The notes: generated from the letters alone by a model not told the origin. Shown: positions 49,018 to 58,795, counted from the stretch's first letter. The stretch is 64,000 bases of DNA from Thermodesulfovibrionales bacterium (GCA_044450345.1 JBIOIY010000004.1:82534-146533); one strand, 5' to 3'. Translations and numbers: made by a program.

Positions 49018-52000
49018 ATGACCTACAGGTATAAGCGGCCGGCCGCAACCGGGGCTCAGAAGAGCGAGCTTCTTGCTTCCGTGCAGAAGTATATCGCCGG
49101 GAGCATCGAGGATATTCTTACCGAGTACTGTTTCTATATCGAGGCGAAGGAACCCCTTTTGACCGGGGAAGTGGAATTGTTACGGTGGCTCTTGAGCGAG
49201 ACCTTCGAGCCCGGAAACTTTTCAGAAGAGAGTTTCTTAACTCAGCCTTCAGCCCTCGGCCCTCAGCCCTTTCTTTTAGAGGTCGGCCCCAGAATGAATT
49301 TCACTACGGCATGGTCGACAAATGCTGTCTCTATATGTCATGCCTGCGGACTGGCGAAGATAACCCGGATCGAACGTTCAAGAAGATATAAGATAGTCAA
49401 AAGCGATGAAGAGCTGAAGAGCGGAAGTGCAGAAGCGATACCCCCTTTTAATTCCCCCCTTGCTAAGGGGGGACATAGGCGGGTGGAAAATACCGGGCTA
49501 GATTCTTTCATGGAGCTTCTCTACGACCGCATGACAGAGTGCTCTTATCCAAAGCGCCTTGAGACATTCGAAACCGGGACAACGCCTGAGCCATACTATT
49601 TCGTGCCCTTGATCAGGGAAGGCCGACCGGCGCTCGAAAAGATAAACCGCGAGATGGGGCTCGGGCTTGACGACTGGGACATCGACTATTACTACGAACT
49701 CTTTGTAAAGGACATCGGCAGGGACCCTACGAACGTGGAATGCTTCGACCTCAGTCAGTCCAACAGCGAACACTCCAGACATTGGTTTTTTAAGGGGAGG
49801 CTGGTAATCGACGGGCAGGAGATGCCGGGCAATCTGATGTCTGTCATAAAGGACACACTCGACAGAAACCCCAATAACAGTGTTATCGCCTTCAAGGACA
49901 ATTCGAGCGCGATAAGGGGTCATCCTGTGCAGACGATCATGCCGCTAATGCCCGGCGGCCCTTCGCGGTTCGGGAAGACGGGAGTTTCCTATGACCTGAT
50001 TTTCACGGCTGAGACCCATAACTTTCCCAGCGGGGTTGCGCCATTTCCCGGCGCAGAGACCGGCACGGGCGGGAGGATAAGGGACGTTCAGGCAACAGGC
50101 AGGGGCGCGCTCGTGATCGCGGGGACAGCTGCTTACTGCGTCGGAAATTTGCATATTCCCGGGTATGAGCTCCCCTGGGAGGATAAGGCCTTCTCCTATC
50201 CCTCGAACCTCGCAAGACCCCTGGCTATCGAGATCGAGGCGAGCAACGGCGCCTCTGATTACGGAAATAAATTCGGGGAACCGGTCATCCAGGGTTTTAC
50301 CAGGTCCTTCGGACTCAGACTGCCCGACGGCGAGAGAAGGGAATGGATCAAGCCGATAATGTTCACCGGCGGCGCAGGGCAGATGGACTCGAGACACAGG
50401 GAAAAAAAGGCCCCTGCGAGGGGGATGCTTGTCACGAAGATCGGGGGCCCCGCATACCGGATAGGTATGGGCGGCGGCGCGGCATCAAGCATGATCCAGG
50501 GGCAGAATATCGCCGAACTCGATTTTAACGCTGTGCAGCGGGGCGACGCAGAGATGGAACAGAAGATGAACAGGGTGATCAGGGCCTGCGTCGAGATGGG
50601 TGACGACAACCCTATAGTGAGCATTCACGACCAGGGGGCAGGCGGCAACTGCAACGTGGTCAAAGAGATAATCTACCCTGCCGGCGCAAAGATTGAACTG
50701 AGAAAGATACAGCTCGGCGACAACACCCTCTCGGTACTTGAGATATGGGGGGCCGAGTATCAGGAGCAAAACGCCCTTCTCATCAACCCCGAAAGGTCCG
50801 GAGAGTTCCTGGGACTCTGCAGCAGGGAAAAGGTCCCCTGCGCCTTCATCGGCGAGATCACAGGCGACGGATATATTGTGCTCCACGACGAAACCGACGG
50901 CAGTACCCCTGTAAACCTTCACCTTGACAAGATTTTGGGCGACATGCCTAGGAAGGTTTTTCACCTGAACCGGGTAAAACGGCAACTCAGGCCGCTTGAA
51001 CTTCCGGAAGGGCTGAGTGTCCGGGATGCACTCGACAGGGTCCTGAGGCTGGTTTCCGTTGGTTCGAAAAGGTTCCTCGCCAACAAAGTCGACAGGTCCG
51101 TTACAGGTCTCATAGCCAGGCAGCAGTGTGCCGGCCCTCTCCAACTCACCGTATCGGATGTTGCGGTGATAGCGCAGAGTCATTTCGGGCTTACGGGAGC
51201 TGCGATCTCGATAGGGGAACAGCCGATTAAAGGACTGATAGATCCTGCGGCGATGGCACGCCTGAGCGTAGCTGAAGCCATTACGAACATCGTCTGGGCC
51301 AGGGTGAGCGCATTGGAGGACATAAAGTGTTCGGGAAACTGGATGTGGGCCCCGAAACTCCCGGGTGAGGGCGCAGACCTATACGATGCGGCAGTTGCCA
51401 TGCGTGATATCATGGTCGGACTCGGCATAGCGGTCGACGGCGGAAAAGACAGCCTTTCTATGGCTGCAAGGGTCACAGGCCGGAACGGGGAGTCAGAGAC
51501 GGTCAAGTCGCCGGGGACCCTCGTCATATCTGCGTATGTCACGTGTCCCGACATCAATAAAGTCGTAACCCCCGACATCAAGAGGCCCGGTGAAAGCAAT
51601 CTCATGTGTATAGATTTGGGAATGGGCAAGAACCGGCTGGGCGGATCGGCCCTTGCGCAGTGTTACGGACAGGTCGGTGATGAATCCCCTGATCTGGAAG
51701 ATCCCAAATTGCTCAAGGATTGTTTCAACGCCCTGCAGGAATTGATCTCGGAGGATTTGATACTGGCCGGTCATGACAGGAGCGACGGTGGTCTCATTAC
51801 GACCCTGCTGGAGATGGCTTTTTCCGGGAATTGCGGGATGGAGATAGCAATCGGCGGTCAGTCTCCTCCGGCGACCCGCCGTGGCGGGCAATCGGCAATC
51901 AGCGGTCGGGACGTGCATAAGGAAGCAATATCCTTGCTCTTCTCCGAAGAACCCGGGATGGTTATTGAATACCTCCCTGAGGACGAGGGGAAAATAATTT

Positions 52001-53181
52001 CAGTGCTTCAGAAACAGAATGTCCCATTTCAAATAATAGGCAGGACTTTAGTAGAAAAGAGGATCAGAATCTCACGATTCACGATTCATCCTCCGAAGGC
52101 GGACCCGCCTGTGGCGGGCGATTCATCCTCCGAAGGCGGACCCGCCTGTGGCGGGCGGTCCACTGTTTTAGATGAAGATATGCGCATCCTCAGGGATATT
52201 TGGGAAGAGACGAGTTCCCGGCTTGACAGACTCCAGCGGAATCATGACTACGTCGAGGAGGAGAGAAAGAATATCTTCGATATGAAGGCGCCTTCTTTTT
52301 CCCTGTCTTTTGTGCCGGGGCCGACTCCCCTTGAGTTGATTGCAAAGGGTGTCAAACCGAAGGTCGCCATTATCCGGGAAGAAGGCAGCAACGGCGACAG
52401 GGAAATGACTTCCGCCTTTTTTCAGGCGGGCTTCGATCCCTGGGACGTTGCGATGCAGGATTTTCTCCGGGAGAGAGTGAGCCTCGATGAATTCAGCGGG
52501 GTCGTTTTCGTCGGCGGCTTCAGTTATGCCGATGTGCTCGATTCGGCAAAAGGATGGGCAGGGGTAATACGGTTCAACAAAAATATATGGCAGCAGTTCG
52601 AGACTTTTTACCACCGGCCCGATACATTCAGTCTCGGGGTCTGTAACGGCTGCCAGTTGATGGCGCTCCTGGGGTGGGTGCCGTGGAGGGGTATCCCCGA
52701 CGGTATCCAGCCGAGGTTCATTCACAACAGATCAGGCAGGTTCGAATCGCGCTTTGTTTCAGTGAAGGTCCTGAAAAGTCCGTCTATAATGCTGGGCGGG
52801 ATGGAGGACTCTGTTATCGGTGTGTGGGTGGCCCATGGCGAGGGTCTTGCCTACTTCCCGGACGACGCGGTCAGAAGGAAAGTCCTGGAAGAAGGGCTGG
52901 CGCCTCTCAGGTTTGCAGATGACGGGGGAAGCATCACCGAACGTTATCCCTTCAATCCGAACGGCTCGCCCGACGGCATTACCGCGTTCTGTTCGGCTGA
53001 TGGAAGGCATCTCGCAATCATGCCCCACCCCGAACGGACCTTCCTGAAGTGGCAGTGGGGATGGATGCCTGAAGAATGGAGGGTGGGAACTAACGGTCAT
53101 TCCCCCCTGAATGCATCGCCGTGGCTTAAGATCTTTCAGAATGCGAGGGCGTGGTGCGACGCAAAGAGCGTCGAGAAATAA
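49018..53181 (+). CDS. purL: Large single-chain FGAM synthase with several repeat-derived insertions
   Basis: NSEHSRH, ETHNFP, HDQGAGG, GGKDSLSM, LGVCNGCQ, MPHPER; start approximate. Confidence 0.95.
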   Translation: MTYRYKRPAATGAQKSELLASVQKYIAGSIEDILTEYCFYIEAKEPLLTGEVELLRWLLSETFEPGNFSEESFLTQPSALGPQPFLLEVGPRMNFTTAWSTNAVSICHACGLAKITRIERSRRYKIVKSDEELKSGSAEAIPPFNSPLAKGGHRRVENTGLDSFMELLYDRMTECSYPKRLETFETGTTPEPYYFVPLIREGRPALEKINREMGLGLDDWDIDYYYELFVKDIGRDPTNVECFDLSQSNSEHSRHWFFKGRLVIDGQEMPGNLMSVIKDTLDRNPNNSVIAFKDNSSAIRGHPVQTIMPLMPGGPSRFGKTGVSYDLIFTAETHNFPSGVAPFPGAETGTGGRIRDVQATGRGALVIAGTAAYCVGNLHIPGYELPWEDKAFSYPSNLARPLAIEIEASNGASDYGNKFGEPVIQGFTRSFGLRLPDGERREWIKPIMFTGGAGQMDSRHREKKAPARGMLVTKIGGPAYRIGMGGGAASSMIQGQNIAELDFNAVQRGDAEMEQKMNRVIRACVEMGDDNPIVSIHDQGAGGNCNVVKEIIYPAGAKIELRKIQLGDNTLSVLEIWGAEYQEQNALLINPERSGEFLGLCSREKVPCAFIGEITGDGYIVLHDETDGSTPVNLHLDKILGDMPRKVFHLNRVKRQLRPLELPEGLSVRDALDRVLRLVSVGSKRFLANKVDRSVTGLIARQQCAGPLQLTVSDVAVIAQSHFGLTGAAISIGEQPIKGLIDPAAMARLSVAEAITNIVWARVSALEDIKCSGNWMWAPKLPGEGADLYDAAVAMRDIMVGLGIAVDGGKDSLSMAARVTGRNGESETVKSPGTLVISAYVTCPDINKVVTPDIKRPGESNLMCIDLGMGKNRLGGSALAQCYGQVGDESPDLEDPKLLKDCFNALQELISEDLILAGHDRSDGGLITTLLEMAFSGNCGMEIAIGGQSPPATRRGGQSAISGRDVHKEAISLLFSEEPGMVIEYLPEDEGKIISVLQKQNVPFQIIGRTLVEKRIRISRFTIHPPKADPPVAGDSSSEGGPACGGRSTVLDEDMRILRDIWEETSSRLDRLQRNHDYVEEERKNIFDMKAPSFSLSFVPGPTPLELIAKGVKPKVAIIREEGSNGDREMTSAFFQAGFDPWDVAMQDFLRERVSLDEFSGVVFVGGFSYADVLDSAKGWAGVIRFNKNIWQQFETFYHRPDTFSLGVCNGCQLMALLGWVPWRGIPDGIQPRFIHNRSGRFESRFVSVKVLKSPSIMLGGMEDSVIGVWVAHGEGLAYFPDDAVRRKVLEEGLAPLRFADDGGSITERYPFNPNGSPDGITAFCSADGRHLAIMPHPERTFLKWQWGWMPEEWRVGTNGHSPLNASPWLKIFQNARAWCDAKSVEK
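52072..52162. repeat. 37-bp tandem duplicate: heptamer array carrying two 30-bp double-hairpin units
   Basis: CGATTCATCCTCCGAAGGCGGACCCGCCTGTGGCGGG at 52082-52118 and 52119-52155. Confidence 0.92.
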
Positions 53182-53227
53182 TGAATGAATGAACGGCTTG
53201 ATTTTCAAGGGATCTAAATTCAGGGCT

Positions 53228-53257
53228 TGACATAGTCCGTCGGCACATGGTATTACA
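53228..53257 (+). promoter_or_regulatory. Sigma70-like promoter of the rnf operon
   Basis: TTGACA at 53228 and an AT-rich -10 region (TATTAC/TACAT) about 17 nt later. Confidence 0.45.
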
Positions 53258-53303
53258 TATCGGCCTTTTTAGGTCTCCCATATTCCCAAGGAGGAATCTT
53301 CAA

Positions 53304-54611
53304 ATGGGTTTAGCTACATTTAAAGGCGGAATACATCCGCCTGATAAGAAGACGTTGGCCGCAAACAATCCAATCACGGAAGCAAAATCCCCGAAAATAA
53401 TCGTTGTCCCACTCAGCCAGCATGCCGGAGCCCCCTGTAAACCGGTCGTGACGATCGGGCAGGAGGTGAAGAAGGGTGAGATGATCGGGGAGCCCGGAGG
53501 GTTTGTGTCGGCGCCGGTGCATTCCTCGGTTTCAGGAAAGGTCATCGCCATCAGCGAATTTCCAAACGCCATGGGGAGGATGGTCAATTCAATCGTGATC
53601 GAAAACGACCTCAGGGAAGAATGGACCGCTCTCAAGGATGCCCCTGATTATATGAACCTTCCCGTAGAAGAACTCAAGGAGAAGATAAAGGCGGCGGGCA
53701 TTGTCGGCCTCGGCGGCGCCGCCTTCCCGACCGCGGTCAAGCTCTCACCGCCTAAAGAAAAACCGATCGACGTGGTCATCATAAACGGCGCGGAATGTGA
53801 GCCCTATCTTACTGCCGATTACCGCCTGATGATCGAGAAACCGAAAGAGATAATCGAAGGGCTGAAGATACTGATGAAGGTCCTCGGTGTAACGAAAGGC
53901 TACGTCGGGATTGAAAACAATAAACCCGATGCGGTCTCGAAGATGAGCGAGGCTGCAAAGGGAGCAGCCGGCATCGAAGTCATGGCGCTCGAAGTGAAGT
54001 ACCCTCAGGGCGCCGAGAAGATGCTGATCAAGGCGGTCGCGGGGAGGGAAGTCCCGGCGAGGGGGCTGCCGATGGACGTCGGCGCCGTTGTCCAGAATGT
54101 CGGCACTGCGCTGGCTGTTTATGAGGCCGCCCGGTACGGCAAGCCGCTGATAGAAAGGGTGGTTACAGTCACAGGGGAAGGGATAAAAGAGCCGAAGAAC
54201 CTGATGGCAAGGGTCGGGACAAAGATATCTGAACTGATAGATGAATGCGGCGGTTTCAAGGACGATGTCGCAAAGGTGGTGGCAGGCGGTCCGATGATGG
54301 GGTTTGCGCTTTCCTCTTTAGATGTGCCGGTGACAAAAGGCACCTCCGGTGTCCTCGTCCTTCCCGAGGAAGGCGTGGTGCATGCCGAAGACTACGGTCC
54401 CTGCATACGCTGCGGCAGGTGCATCGATATCTGTGCTATGGGGCTGATGCCTTCGATGCTGAGTATCCTTTCCGAAAAGGGGATGTATGAAGAGGCAAAG
54501 GAATACAACCTGTTCGATTGCTTCGAGTGCGGCTCCTGCGCCTTTGTCTGCCCGTCAAAGAGACCTATTGTGCAGCTTGTAAGGTTAGCGAAATCCATGG
54601 TAAAGCCTTAA
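53304..54611 (+). CDS. rnfC: Rnf complex subunit C
   Basis: GGIHP, GLGGAAFPT, NGAECEPY, KYPQGAEK, two CxxCxxC motifs. Confidence 0.96.
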   Translation: MGLATFKGGIHPPDKKTLAANNPITEAKSPKIIVVPLSQHAGAPCKPVVTIGQEVKKGEMIGEPGGFVSAPVHSSVSGKVIAISEFPNAMGRMVNSIVIENDLREEWTALKDAPDYMNLPVEELKEKIKAAGIVGLGGAAFPTAVKLSPPKEKPIDVVIINGAECEPYLTADYRLMIEKPKEIIEGLKILMKVLGVTKGYVGIENNKPDAVSKMSEAAKGAAGIEVMALEVKYPQGAEKMLIKAVAGREVPARGLPMDVGAVVQNVGTALAVYEAARYGKPLIERVVTVTGEGIKEPKNLMARVGTKISELIDECGGFKDDVAKVVAGGPMMGFALSSLDVPVTKGTSGVLVLPEEGVVHAEDYGPCIRCGRCIDICAMGLMPSMLSILSEKGMYEEAKEYNLFDCFECGSCAFVCPSKRPIVQLVRLAKSMVKP

Positions 54612-54621
54612 GGAGAGTTAG

Positions 54622-55659
54622 ATGGAGGCAACGAAAAAAGAACATGAACTGATAGTTTCGGTAAGTCCTCATGTAAAAAGTGAGGAAACGACAAGCCGTA
54701 TCATGTGGACGGTCAGCGTGGCCCTGCTGCCTGCTCTTCTTTCCGGAGTCTACTTCTTCGGGCTGAAGGCGCTCTTTATTACGGCATTATGCATCATAAG
54801 CTGCTTGGCATCCGAACAGCTTTATATGAAGATCGTGGACAAGAAGTCCCCGGTGGGCGACGGGAGTGCTTTTCTCACGGGTCTTCTATTGGGCATGAAC
54901 ATGCCGGCCTCTCTCTGGTCTTTCTCGCCCTTCACGGCGCACGTGCCCATCGTTGCTTCATTCGTGGCCGTGGTAATAACGAAACAACTCTTCGGCGGGC
55001 TCGGCTTTAACGTCTTCAACCCCGCGCTGATAGGAAGGGCCTTTGCCCTTATTTCATGGCCTAAGGCCATGACCATATGGATGGAGCCGACGGCTTCTTT
55101 CTTTGCAATGGACGCCAAGACCACAGCAACCCCCCTGGGCATACTCAAAGAGGCAGGGATGACTGAACTTATAAAGGTCTTCGGCGACAAGATAAGTCTC
55201 TATCAGCATCTGCTCACGGGAAACAGGGCCGGGTCGATAGGCGAGACATCGGCGATAGCCTTGCTTATAGGAGGTCTGTTCCTGCTCTACAAGAGATACA
55301 TAACCTGGCATATCCCGGTGTCGTTTCTGGGCACTGCCGCACTTATGGCATGGGTCTTCGGCGCTAAAGGGAGTCTTTTCGCAGGTGATCCTGTAGTCCA
55401 TCTCCTGTCGGGCGGCATGATGCTCGGCGCGTTTTTTATGGCTACCGATTATGTGACCTCTCCCTCGATGAGAAACGGCCAGCTCCTGTTCGGCGCGGGC
55501 TGCGGAGCGCTCACAATGCTCATAAGGCTCAAGGGAGGGTTCCCGGAAGGTGTCATGTTCGCGATACTCATTATGAACTGCTTTGCCCCCCTCATCGACC
55601 GGGGGTTCAAGTCGAAGGTATTCGGGGCCGTGAAGCCGAAGGCAAAGGAGGCGAAATAA
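54622..55659 (+). CDS. rnfD: Rnf complex subunit D
   Basis: FGGLGFNVFNPA, TTATPL, GSIGETS, FFMATD. Confidence 0.96.
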   Translation: MEATKKEHELIVSVSPHVKSEETTSRIMWTVSVALLPALLSGVYFFGLKALFITALCIISCLASEQLYMKIVDKKSPVGDGSAFLTGLLLGMNMPASLWSFSPFTAHVPIVASFVAVVITKQLFGGLGFNVFNPALIGRAFALISWPKAMTIWMEPTASFFAMDAKTTATPLGILKEAGMTELIKVFGDKISLYQHLLTGNRAGSIGETSAIALLIGGLFLLYKRYITWHIPVSFLGTAALMAWVFGAKGSLFAGDPVVHLLSGGMMLGAFFMATDYVTSPSMRNGQLLFGAGCGALTMLIRLKGGFPEGVMFAILIMNCFAPLIDRGFKSKVFGAVKPKAKEAK

Positions 55660-56306
55660 TGACCGGCAAGGATATTTTTAAGGTAACCTTAAACCTCATT
55701 ATCGTATATCTTATCGGCGGGTTTATCCTTGCATTTGTCTATGCAAATACCTCTCCGAAGGTATTTAAAAACAATGAAGAAACAGAGAAAAAGGCATTGA
55801 AAGTGCTTATGCCGGATGCGGACACCGTTGTGAAGATGGGAGATTGGTCGATCCACGATAAGCACGCTAAATATTTCATCGCAAAAAAAGGCGGCGAAAC
55901 TATAGGCTACGTTATCCAGTCCTTCGGTAAAGGCTACTCAAGCTATATAAACACCTTCATCGCAACAGACAAGGATTTTAAAGTCCAAAAAATAAATATA
56001 CTTGGACACGGCGAGACGCCAGGCCTGGGGGACGAGATCGAGGCCGACTGGTTCAAAAACCAGTTCAAAGACAAGAGCATCGATCACCTCAAGGTGATTA
56101 AGGGAGATACAAAAGAGGACATACAGGCTATCTCCGGGGCAACCATATCGAGCCGGGCAGTCACCGAAGACGCGGTAAAGAACGGTGTCGCATTTCTGAT
56201 CAAGACGGTCAACACCGCTAATAACCCCGCCACAGAGCAGGGCGGCAGTATTTCTCACGGGGTCAAGGAAGGAGGCAATACCGATGTCAAGCAGCAGCAA
56301 CATTAA
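55659..56306 (+). CDS. rnfG: Rnf complex subunit G
   Basis: ETPGLG and the ISGATISS FMN-attachment motif. Confidence 0.95.
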   Translation: MTGKDIFKVTLNLIIVYLIGGFILAFVYANTSPKVFKNNEETEKKALKVLMPDADTVVKMGDWSIHDKHAKYFIAKKGGETIGYVIQSFGKGYSSYINTFIATDKDFKVQKINILGHGETPGLGDEIEADWFKNQFKDKSIDHLKVIKGDTKEDIQAISGATISSRAVTEDAVKNGVAFLIKTVNTANNPATEQGGSISHGVKEGGNTDVKQQQH

Positions 56307-56940
56307 TCTCAAGGAATTATTCTTAAACGGCATTATCAAAGAAAATACGATCTTCAAACTCGCCCTCAGCCTCTGTCCCTCTATTGCCGTTACGAACAAC
56401 CTCAAAAATGGCATCTTTATGGGCGCTGCAGTATTATTTGTCCAGGTAATGGTCAACATCACCATTTCTCTCATGAGAAATATAATAGAACCGAAGGTGA
56501 GACTGCCTATTTTTATGCTGGTCATCTCCGGATGGGTGACAGTGACCCAGTTAATGATGGCTGCCTTTGCTCCCGACGTCTACAGCAAGGTCGGCCTTTA
56601 TATTGCCCTGATCGTGGCCTTTGCTTCTATCCTGGCCAGGGCCGAGATGTTTGCTTCCAAAAACACCTTCGTCCCCTCGATGGTGGACGGACTTGGCATG
56701 GGCATCGGCTTTCTGTTTGCGCTGACAACTATAAGCTTCTTCAGAGAATTGGTTGGCAGGGGGACGCTTACCGTACCTACCGGTTTGGCAACTCAGCATG
56801 TCTTTACGCTCATGAATACAAAGCCTGTTTTGTTAATGGTGTTGCCTGCCGGCGGATTTCTCGCTGTCGGTATACTTATGGCGCTTTTCAACTGGATCAA
56901 TGCCAGATACGCGGCAAAGGCCGCGCATGGGTCGCATTAA
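56284..56940 (+). CDS. rnfE: Rnf complex subunit E
   Basis: LCPSIAVT, RELVG, PAGGF; the second usual Cys motif (VVNC) reads VAFA here. Confidence 0.92.
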   Translation: MSSSSNINLKELFLNGIIKENTIFKLALSLCPSIAVTNNLKNGIFMGAAVLFVQVMVNITISLMRNIIEPKVRLPIFMLVISGWVTVTQLMMAAFAPDVYSKVGLYIALIVAFASILARAEMFASKNTFVPSMVDGLGMGIGFLFALTTISFFRELVGRGTLTVPTGLATQHVFTLMNTKPVLLMVLPAGGFLAVGILMALFNWINARYAAKAAHGSH

Positions 56941-56955
56941 AAGGAGGAGAGAAAG

Positions 56956-57549
56956 ATGAGCAGCGAATTTATAAAACTTTTTGAACTGATCATATCGGCC
57001 TCACTGATAAACAATTTTGTCTTTACAAGGTTCCTTGGACTTTGCATATTTTTCGGCGTATCGAAGAAGATGGAGACGGCCGTCGGCATGAGTATCACAT
57101 TTACCGCTGTCATGATGATAAGCGCGGCATTAAGTTGGATCGTATATAATCTGGTAATGGTGCCGCTTGATATCACTTTTCTTGAGATCATTGTGTTCAT
57201 CGGGATAATAGCGGGACTCGTCCAGGTGTCTGATACGATAATGAGAAAGGTCTCCCCAGGGTTGTATTATAAGCTTGGTATTTATCTTGCGCTGATATCG
57301 ACAAACTGCATAATACTTGCAGTCCCGCTCATTAACGCCGGTGAGAAATACTCATTTCTGGAGAGTCTTGCCTTTGGATTTGGCTCAGGGCTCGGCTTTG
57401 CGCTTGCGCTCATCATTATGGCCAGCATCCGCGAAAAACTTGAACTGGCCGAGGTGCCGGCGCCGTTTAAGGGACTGCCGATGGCCTTTGTGGTAACAAG
57501 CCTGATCGCACTTGCGTTTACCGGTTTTTCAGGATTGATTACTCTTTAA
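56956..57549 (+). CDS. rnfA: Rnf complex subunit A
   Basis: NNFVF..FLGLC, LISTNC, P..FKGLP. Confidence 0.95.
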   Translation: MSSEFIKLFELIISASLINNFVFTRFLGLCIFFGVSKKMETAVGMSITFTAVMMISAALSWIVYNLVMVPLDITFLEIIVFIGIIAGLVQVSDTIMRKVSPGLYYKLGIYLALISTNCIILAVPLINAGEKYSFLESLAFGFGSGLGFALALIIMASIREKLELAEVPAPFKGLPMAFVVTSLIALAFTGFSGLITL

Positions 57550-57604
57550 TTTAGACAAGTAAATACAGTAAACTATATATAATTACCTTTGAGGAGAGCA
57601 TAAA

Positions 57605-58795
57605 ATGTCTAATGGGCCGATCATAAAAAAGACTGGGTTACATACGATTCTTTTCACACTCTTTTGTGTTGGCGTGCTTCTGCTCTTCTGCTCCCCCTCT
57701 GTTATCTATGCCGGCGTGGGCGGCGGGGTCGAGGGAAAAGAGAAGGTCGACATCGTACCCCTGATCAAGTGGACCCTTGTCTTTCTTGCAGGAATGGGCA
57801 CTGTCTTCGGTATCGGCATCGCCTTTGCGGCAAAGAGGTTTGCCGTTCAGATAGACCCGAGGGTCGAGAAGGTGAAAGACCATCTTGCGCACGCCCATTG
57901 CGGTGCATGCGGCTATGCCGGTTGCGAACAGTATGCCGAGGCCGTAGTGAACAAGCCTGAGGTCGCCCCGAACCTCTGCATCCCCGCGGGCGCAAAGGGC
58001 GCCGAGGCGGTTGCGCTTATTACCGGTAAGAAGGCCGAGATAAGGGAGCCCCAGTTCGCAAGGATCATGTGCCAGGGCGGATGGTCCAAATCGGTAAAAA
58101 GGTTCAAGTATGAAGGCATACAGGACTGCAGGGCGTCGATACTCGCAGGCGGCGGGGACAAGGCCTGCAGATACGGCTGCCTCGGATACGGCACCTGTTC
58201 CAGGGTATGTCCTTTCGGTGCGATCTCGATGACTGATGACCACCTTCCGTTTGTCGATATCACAAAGTGCACCGGATGCAGGAAGTGCGAACAGGCGTGT
58301 CCCACAAAGGTGATCGAGGTCCTGCCGGCATCCAGGCAAGTACTCGTCACCTGTCACTCAAAAGACAAGGGCGGAGATACACGCAAGAACTGCGAGGTCG
58401 GCTGCATCGCCTGCGGTATATGCGTAAAGGTATGCCCCTTTGACGCACCATCGGTCACGAACAGCCTTTCGAGGATAGACCTCGACAAGTGCAAGGTCTG
58501 CGGCCTGTGCGTTACCAAATGCCCTACGAAGGCGATCAGCGACTTTATCCCGCAGAGGCCGAAGGCATTTATTATGGACAACTGCATAGGCTGCCAGATA
58601 TGCTCCAAGGTCTGCCCGGTCGATGCTCCTTCGGGAGAGATGAAGAAACTGCACGTGATAAATAAAGACCAATGCATAGGATGCGGCATATGCACAGCCA
58701 AATGCCCTGTCCAGGCTATCGACGGAACGTTTAACGCCCGGGAAGTGTTTGCGGCAGCGGCTGCCAAGAAGGCAAAAAAAGCAGAAGCGGCGTAA
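57605..58795 (+). CDS. rnfB: Rnf complex subunit B, polyferredoxin type
   Basis: CGACGYAGC followed by six ferredoxin-type Cys motifs. Confidence 0.93.
   Translation: MSNGPIIKKTGLHTILFTLFCVGVLLLFCSPSVIYAGVGGGVEGKEKVDIVPLIKWTLVFLAGMGTVFGIGIAFAAKRFAVQIDPRVEKVKDHLAHAHCGACGYAGCEQYAEAVVNKPEVAPNLCIPAGAKGAEAVALITGKKAEIREPQFARIMCQGGWSKSVKRFKYEGIQDCRASILAGGGDKACRYGCLGYGTCSRVCPFGAISMTDDHLPFVDITKCTGCRKCEQACPTKVIEVLPASRQVLVTCHSKDKGGDTRKNCEVGCIACGICVKVCPFDAPSVTNSLSRIDLDKCKVCGLCVTKCPTKAISDFIPQRPKAFIMDNCIGCQICSKVCPVDAPSGEMKKLHVINKDQCIGCGICTAKCPVQAIDGTFNAREVFAAAAAKKAKKAEAA

Noticed and set aside
52082..52155. 37-bp direct repeat as a CRISPR array
   Set aside because: Only two copies, no spacer, lies inside purL, and no cas genes are present
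53198..53209. FNR box upstream of rnf (TTGATTTTCAAG)
   Set aside because: Spacing does not fit TTGAT-N4-ATCAA
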